Of a DNA stretch of 64,000 nt, positions 58,897 to 64,000 are shown one piece after another. Source of the DNA: the human T2T-CHM13v2.0 reference genome, Homo sapiens. The notes under the pieces are model-generated. The model was not told the DNA's origin. It was given only the letters and a program-made list of their open reading frames with translations, and searched no databases. The stretch covers positions 10,912,001-10,976,000 of the forward strand of contig CP068257.2 of NCBI GenBank assembly GCA_009914755.4, given 5' to 3'. The position numbers and the translations under genes were made by a program. The stretch's first letter is position 1; every line of letters begins with the position of its first letter.

Positions 58897-60766
58897 TTCT
58901 ACCAAAAGAGTGTTTCAAACGTGCTCATAGTAAGGGAATGTTCAACTCTGTGACTTGAATGCAGATATCACCAAGTAGTTTCTAATAGTGCTTCTGTCTA
59001 GATTTTAGATGATGATATTCCCGTTTCCAACGAAATCGCTAGAGCTATCCAAATATCCAGTTACAGTTTCTACCAAAAGGGTGTTTCCAAATTGCTGCAT
59101 CAAAAGAAAGGTTCAACTCTGTTAGTTGAGGACACACGTCACAAAGAAGTTTGTGAGAATGCTTCTGTCTAGATTTTGTATGACGATATTCCCTTTTCCA
59201 ACGATATCGTTAAAGCAATCTAAATATCAATTTGCAGAATCCACAAAAATAGAGTTTCAAAGCTGCTCTGTAAAAAGAAAGGTTCCACTCTGTTAGCTGA
59301 GTACACACATCACAAACTTGTTTCTGAGAATCCTTCTGTCTCGTTTTTATGGGAAGATATTTACTTTTCCACCGTAGGCATCAAAGCGCTCCAAATGTCC
59401 ACATCCAGATACTCCAGAACGAGTGTTTCAAACCTGCTCTATGAAAGGGAATCTTCAACTCTATGAGTTGAATGCAGACATCAGAAAGAAATTTCTGAGA
59501 ATGCTGCTGTCTACCTTTTATTTGAATTCCCGCTTCCAACGAAATCCTCCAAGCTATCCAAATATCCACCTGCATTTTCCACAACAAGAGTGTTTCAAAA
59601 CTGCTCTATCAATAGAAATGTTCAACTCCTTTGGCTGGGTACACACATCACAAACAAGTTTCTGAGAATGCTTCTGTCTAGTTTTTATGGGAAGACGTTC
59701 CCTTTTTCACCAAAGGCATCAAAGCGCTCCAAATGTCCACTTCCAGACACTACAAAAAGAGTGTTTCCAACGTGCCCTAAGAAAGCGAATGTTCAACTCT
59801 GTGACTTGAATGCAGATATCACAAAGTAGTTTCTGAGAGGGCTTCTGTCTAGATTTTAGATGATGATATTCCCGTTTCCAACGAAATCATTAGAGCTATC
59901 CAAATATCCACTTACAGTTTCTACAAAAAGAGTGTTTCCAAACTGCTGCATCAAAAGAGAGGTTCCACTCTGTTAGCTGAGTACACACATCACAAACTTG
60001 TTTCTCAGAATCCTTCTGTCTCGTTTTTATGGGAAGATATTTACTTTTTCACCGTAGGCATCAAAGCGCTCCAAATGTCCACATCCAGATACTCCAGAAA
60101 GAGTGTTTCAAACCTGCTCTATGAAAGGGAATCTTCAACTCTATGAGTTGAATGCAGACATCAGAAAGAAATTTCTGAGAATGCTGCTGTCTACCTTTTA
60201 TTTGAATTCCCGCTTCCAACGAAATCCTCCAAGCTATCCAAATATCCACTTGCAGATTCCACAAAAAGAGTGTTTCAAAACTGCTCTCTATCAATGGCAA
60301 AGTTCAACTCTGTTAGTTGAGGACACATATCACCAACAAGTTTCTGAGAATGCTTCTGTCTATTTTTTATGGGAAGATATTTCCTTTTTCACCGTAGGCG
60401 TCAAGGCGATCGAAATGTCCACTTCCACAAACTACAAAAAGTGTGTTTCAAACCTGCTCTATGAAAGGCCATGTTCATCTCTATGAGTTGAATGGAAATA
60501 TCCGAAAGAAATTTCTGGGAATGCTGCTGTCTAGTGTTTATACGAATTCCCGCTTCCAACGAAATCCTCAAAGCAATCCAAATATCCACTTGCAGAATCC
60601 ACAAAAAGAGTGTTTCAAAACTGCTCTATCAATAGAAAGGTTCAACTCTTTTAGTTGAGTACACACATCACGAACAAGTTTCTGAGAATGCTTCTGTCTG
60701 GCTTTTATTGGAAGACGTTTCCTTTTCACCAAAGGCATCAAAGCGCTCCAAATGTCCACTTCCAGA
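58897..60766 (-). repeat. Alpha HOR copy 5 (type b)
   Basis: Carries the same diagnostic variants as copy 2, e.g. 'gtgctcaaagtaaggg' at about 60791 and 'tttcagatgatg'. Confidence 0.85.
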
Positions 60767-62636
60767 TTCTTCCAAAAGAGTGTTTCAAACGTGCTCAAAG
60801 TAAGGGAATGTTCAACTCTGTGACTTGAATGCAGATATCACCAAGTAGTTTCTAATAGTGCTTCTGTCTAGATTTCAGATGATGATATTCCCGTTTCCAA
60901 CGAAATCGTTAGAGCTAAGCAAATATCCAGTTACAGTTTCTACCAAAAGGGTGTTTCCAAATTGCTGCATCAAAAGAAAGGTTCAACTCTGTTAGTTGAG
61001 GACACACATCACAAAGAAGTTTGTGAGAATGCTTCTGTCTAGATTTTGTATGACGATATTCCCTTTTCCAACGATATCGTTAAAGCAATCTAAATATCAA
61101 TTTGCAGAATCCACAAAAATAGAGTTTCAAAGCTGCTCTGTAAAAAGAAAGGTTCCACTCTGTTAGCTGAGTACACACATCACAAACTTGTTTCTGAGAA
61201 TCCTTCTGTCTCGTTTTTATGGGAAGATATTTACTTTTCCACCGTAGGCATCAAAGCGCTCCAAATGTCCACATCCAGATACTCCAGAACGAGTGTTTCA
61301 AACCTGCTCTATGAAAGGGAATCTTCAACTCTATGAGTTGAATGCAGACATCAGAAAGAAATTTCTGAGAATGCTGCTGTCTACCTTTTATTTGAATTCC
61401 CGCTTCCAACGAAATCCTCCAAGCTATCCAAATATCCACCTGCATTTTCCACAACAAGAGTGTTTCAAAACTGCTCTATCAATAGAAATGTTCAACTCCT
61501 TTGGCTGGGTACACACATCACAAACAAGTTTCTGAGAATGCTTCTGTCTAGTTTTTATGGGAAGACGTTCCCTTTTTCACCAAAGGCATCAAAGCGCTCC
61601 AAATGTCCACTTCCAGACACTACAAAAAGAGTGTTTCCAACGTGCCCTAAGAAAGCGAATGTTCAACTCTGTGACTTGAATGCAGATATCACAAAGTAGT
61701 TTCTGAGAGGGCTTCTGTCTAGATTTTAGATGATGATATTCCCGTTTCCAACGAAATCATTAGAGCTATCCAAATATCCACTTACAGTTTCTACAAAAAG
61801 AGTGTTTCCAAACTGCTGCATCAAAAGAGAGGTTCCACTCTGTTAGCTGAGTACACACATCACAAACTTGTTTCTCAGAATCCTTCTGTCTCGTTTTTAT
61901 GGGAAGATATTTACTTTTTCACCGTAGGCATCAAAGCGCTCCAAATGTCCACATCCAGATACTCCAGAAAGAGTGTTTCAAACCTGCTCTATGAAAGGGA
62001 ATCTTCAACTCTATGAGTTGAATGCAGACATCAGAAAGAAATTTCTGAGAATGCTGCTGTCTACCTTTTATTTGAATTCCCGCTTCCAACGAAATCCTCC
62101 AAGCTATCCAAATATCCACTTGCAGATTCCACAAAAAGAGTGTTTCAAAACTGCTCTCTATCAATGGCAAAGTTCAACTCTGTTAGTTGAGGACACATAT
62201 CACCAACAAGTTTCTGAGAATGCTTCTGTCTATTTTTTATGGGAAGATATTTCCTTTTTCACCGTAGGCGTCAAGGCGATCGAAATGTCCACTTCCACAA
62301 ACTACAAAAAGAGTGTTTCAAACCTGCTCTATGAAAGGCCATGTTCATCTCTATGAGTTGAATGGAAATATCCGAAAGAAATTTCTGGGAATGCTGCTGT
62401 CTAGTTTTTATATGAATTCCCGCTTCCAACGAAATCCTCAAAGCAATCCAAATATCCACTTGCAGAATCCACAAAAAGAGTGTTTCAAAACTGCTCTATC
62501 AATAGAAAGGTTCAACTCTTTTAGTTGAGTACACACATCACAAACAAGTTTCTGAGAATGCTTCTGTCTGGCTTTTATTGGAAGACGTTTCCTTTTCACC
62601 AAAGGCATCAAAGCGCTCCAAATGTCCACTTCCAGA
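60767..62636 (-). repeat. Alpha HOR copy 6 (type c)
   Basis: Carries the same diagnostic variants as copy 3, e.g. 'gtggtcgaagtaaggg' at about 62651 and 'tagtttttatatgaattccc' at about 62401. Confidence 0.85.
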
Positions 62637-64000
62637 TTCTTCCAAAAGAGTGTTTCAAACGTGGTCGAAGTAAGGGAATGTTCAACTCTGTGACTTGAAT
62701 GCAGATATCACCAAGTAGTTTCTAATAGTGCTTCTGTCTACATTTTAGATGATGATATTCCCGTTTCCAACGAAATCGTTAGAGCTAAGCAAATATCCAG
62801 TTACAGTTTCTACCAAAAGGGTGTTTCCAAATTGCTGCATCAAAAGAAAGGTTCAACTCTGTTAGTTGAGGACACACATCACAAAGAAGTTTGTGAGAAT
62901 GCTTCTGTCTAGATTTTGTATGACGATATTCCCTTTTCCAACGATATCGTTAAAGCAATCTAAATATCAATTTGCAGAATCCACAAAAATAGAGTTTCAA
63001 AGCTGCTCTGTAAAAAGAAAGGTTCCACTCTGTTAGCTGAGTACACACATCACAAACTTGTTTCTGAGAATCCTTCTGTCTCGTTTTTATGGGAAGATAT
63101 TTACTTTTCCACCGTAGGCATCAAAGCGCTCCAAATGTCCACATCCAGATACTCCAGAAAGAGTGTTTCAAACCTGCTCTATGAAAGGGAATCTTCAACT
63201 CTATGAGTTGAATGCAGACATCAGAAAGAAATTTCTGAGAATGCTGCTGTCTACCTTTTATTTGAATTCCCGCTTCCAACGAAATCCTCCAAGCTATCCA
63301 AATATCCACCTGCATTTTCCACAAAAAGAGTGTTTCAAAACTGCTCTATCAATAGAAATGTTCAACTCCTTTGGCTGGGTACACACATCACAAACAAGTT
63401 TCTGAGAATGCTTCTGTCTAGTTTTTATGGGAAGACGTTCCCTTTTTCACCAAAGGCATCAAAGCGCTCCAAATGTCCACTTCCAGACACTACAAAAAGA
63501 GTGTTTCAAACGTGCTCTAAGAAAGCGAATGTTCAACTCTGTGACTTGAATGCAGATATCACAAAGTAGTTTCTGAGAGGGCTTCTGTCTAGATTTTAGA
63601 TGATGATATTCCCGTTTCCAACGAAATCATTAGAGCTATCCAAATATCCACTTACAGTTTCTACAAAAAGAGTGTTTCCAAACTGCTGCATCAAAAGAGA
63701 GGTTCCACTCTGTTAGCTGAGTACACACATCACAAACTTGTTTCTCAGAATCCTTCTGTCTCGTTTTTATGGGAAGATATTTACTTTTTCACCGTAGGCA
63801 TCAAAGCGCTCCAAATGTCCACATCCAGATAGTACAGAAAGAGTTTTTCAAACCTGCTCTATGAAAGGGAATCTTCAACTCTATGAGTTGAATGCAGACA
63901 TCAGAAAGAAATTTCTGAGAATGCTGCTGTCTACCTTTTATTTGAATTCCCGCTTCCAACGAAATCCTCCAAGCTATCCAAATATCCACTTGCAGATTCC
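62637..64000 (-). repeat. Alpha HOR copy 7 (partial, type a; truncated by the window end)
   Basis: 'agatagtacagaaagagtttttc' at 63827 matches the type-a copy 1 at 52611. Confidence 0.8.

Larger units (their letters stand above)
50859..64000 (-). repeat. Alpha-satellite array with roughly 170-171-bp monomers, conventional consensus orientation on the minus strand, 11-mer HOR of 1,870 bp
   Basis: The plus strand reads 'gaattcccgcttccaacgaaatcctcaaagcaatccaaatatccacttgcagattccacaaaaagagtgtttcaaaactgctctatcaatagaaaggttcaactc'. That is the reverse complement of the canonical alphoid motifs 'tgcaagtggatatttgga' and 'ttcgttggaagcgggaa'. The strict 1,870-bp periodicity is visible from recurring sequence; for example 51421-51470 is identical to 53291-53340. 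Confidence 0.97.

Noticed and set aside
50859-64000. Periodic 62-127-aa ORFs in the alpha satellite ('MFQTCSMKGNLQLYELNADIRKKFLRMLL...', 'MWKMQVDIWIAWRISLEAGIQIKGRQQ...')
   Set aside because: They recur every 1,870 bp (the HOR period) on both strands and overlap one another. Their length changes with single HOR variants (e.g. 63 aa against 76 aa, and the 4-bp deletion extends one to 89 aa). These are artefacts of repetitive non-coding satellite.
1-64000. A prokaryotic-style accessory, defence or mobile system (the prompt raised the possibility of an undescribed system)
   Set aside because: Composition and repeat families (HSat1A plus alpha satellite with CENP-B boxes) are unambiguously eukaryotic (human or ape) centromeric satellite. 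There is not a single plausible gene, promoter/RBS context, or RNA gene in the window.
1-64000. Interspersed transposable elements (Alu, L1, LTR) or unique-sequence islands inside the arrays
   Set aside because: None were found on reading through. Both arrays are uninterrupted, which itself is consistent with homogeneous, recently amplified satellite.

Overview
The window is eukaryotic, almost certainly human or great-ape, pericentromeric or centromeric satellite DNA. It contains no protein-coding genes, no RNA genes and no prokaryotic-style system. It is composed of two different tandem-repeat arrays that meet at a sharp junction near position 50,858. (1) Positions 1 to about 50,858 are an AT-rich 42-bp satellite. 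The unit is roughly 'acataaaatatcaaagt' (17 bp) followed by 'acccaaaatatatattatatactgt' (25 bp), which is the alternating A/B unit structure of classical human satellite I (HSat1A, the 'SAR' family). This satellite carries higher-order structure at several nested scales. The 42-bp units group into sub-HORs of about 3.0-3.4 kb, and those into 9.75-kb blocks. A roughly 15-kb near-identical duplication and a 31,812-bp near-identical duplication (about 99.8-99.9% identity) sit on top of that; the larger one runs off the left edge of the window. (2) Positions 50,859 to 64,000 are alpha satellite, with roughly 170-171-bp monomers in the reverse of the conventional consensus orientation. It is organised as an 11-monomer higher-order repeat (HOR) of 1,870 bp that is present 6.7 times. 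Three slightly different HOR variants cycle strictly, giving a 33-monomer, 5,610-bp supra-HOR. CENP-B boxes occur in 5 of the 11 monomers. The first three alpha monomers at the junction are diverged relative to the homogeneous HOR interior. All ORFs in the supplied six-frame track are translation artefacts of the tandem repeats; they are periodic, overlap on both strands and have low-complexity composition. An 11-mer, 1.87-kb, CENP-B-box-bearing dimeric-type HOR next to HSat1A fits the chr13/chr21-type (D13Z1/D21Z1-like) centromere region best, but that assignment is inference from memory of published catalogues, not something the sequence proves. There is no undescribed gene system here; the worthwhile observations are structural.
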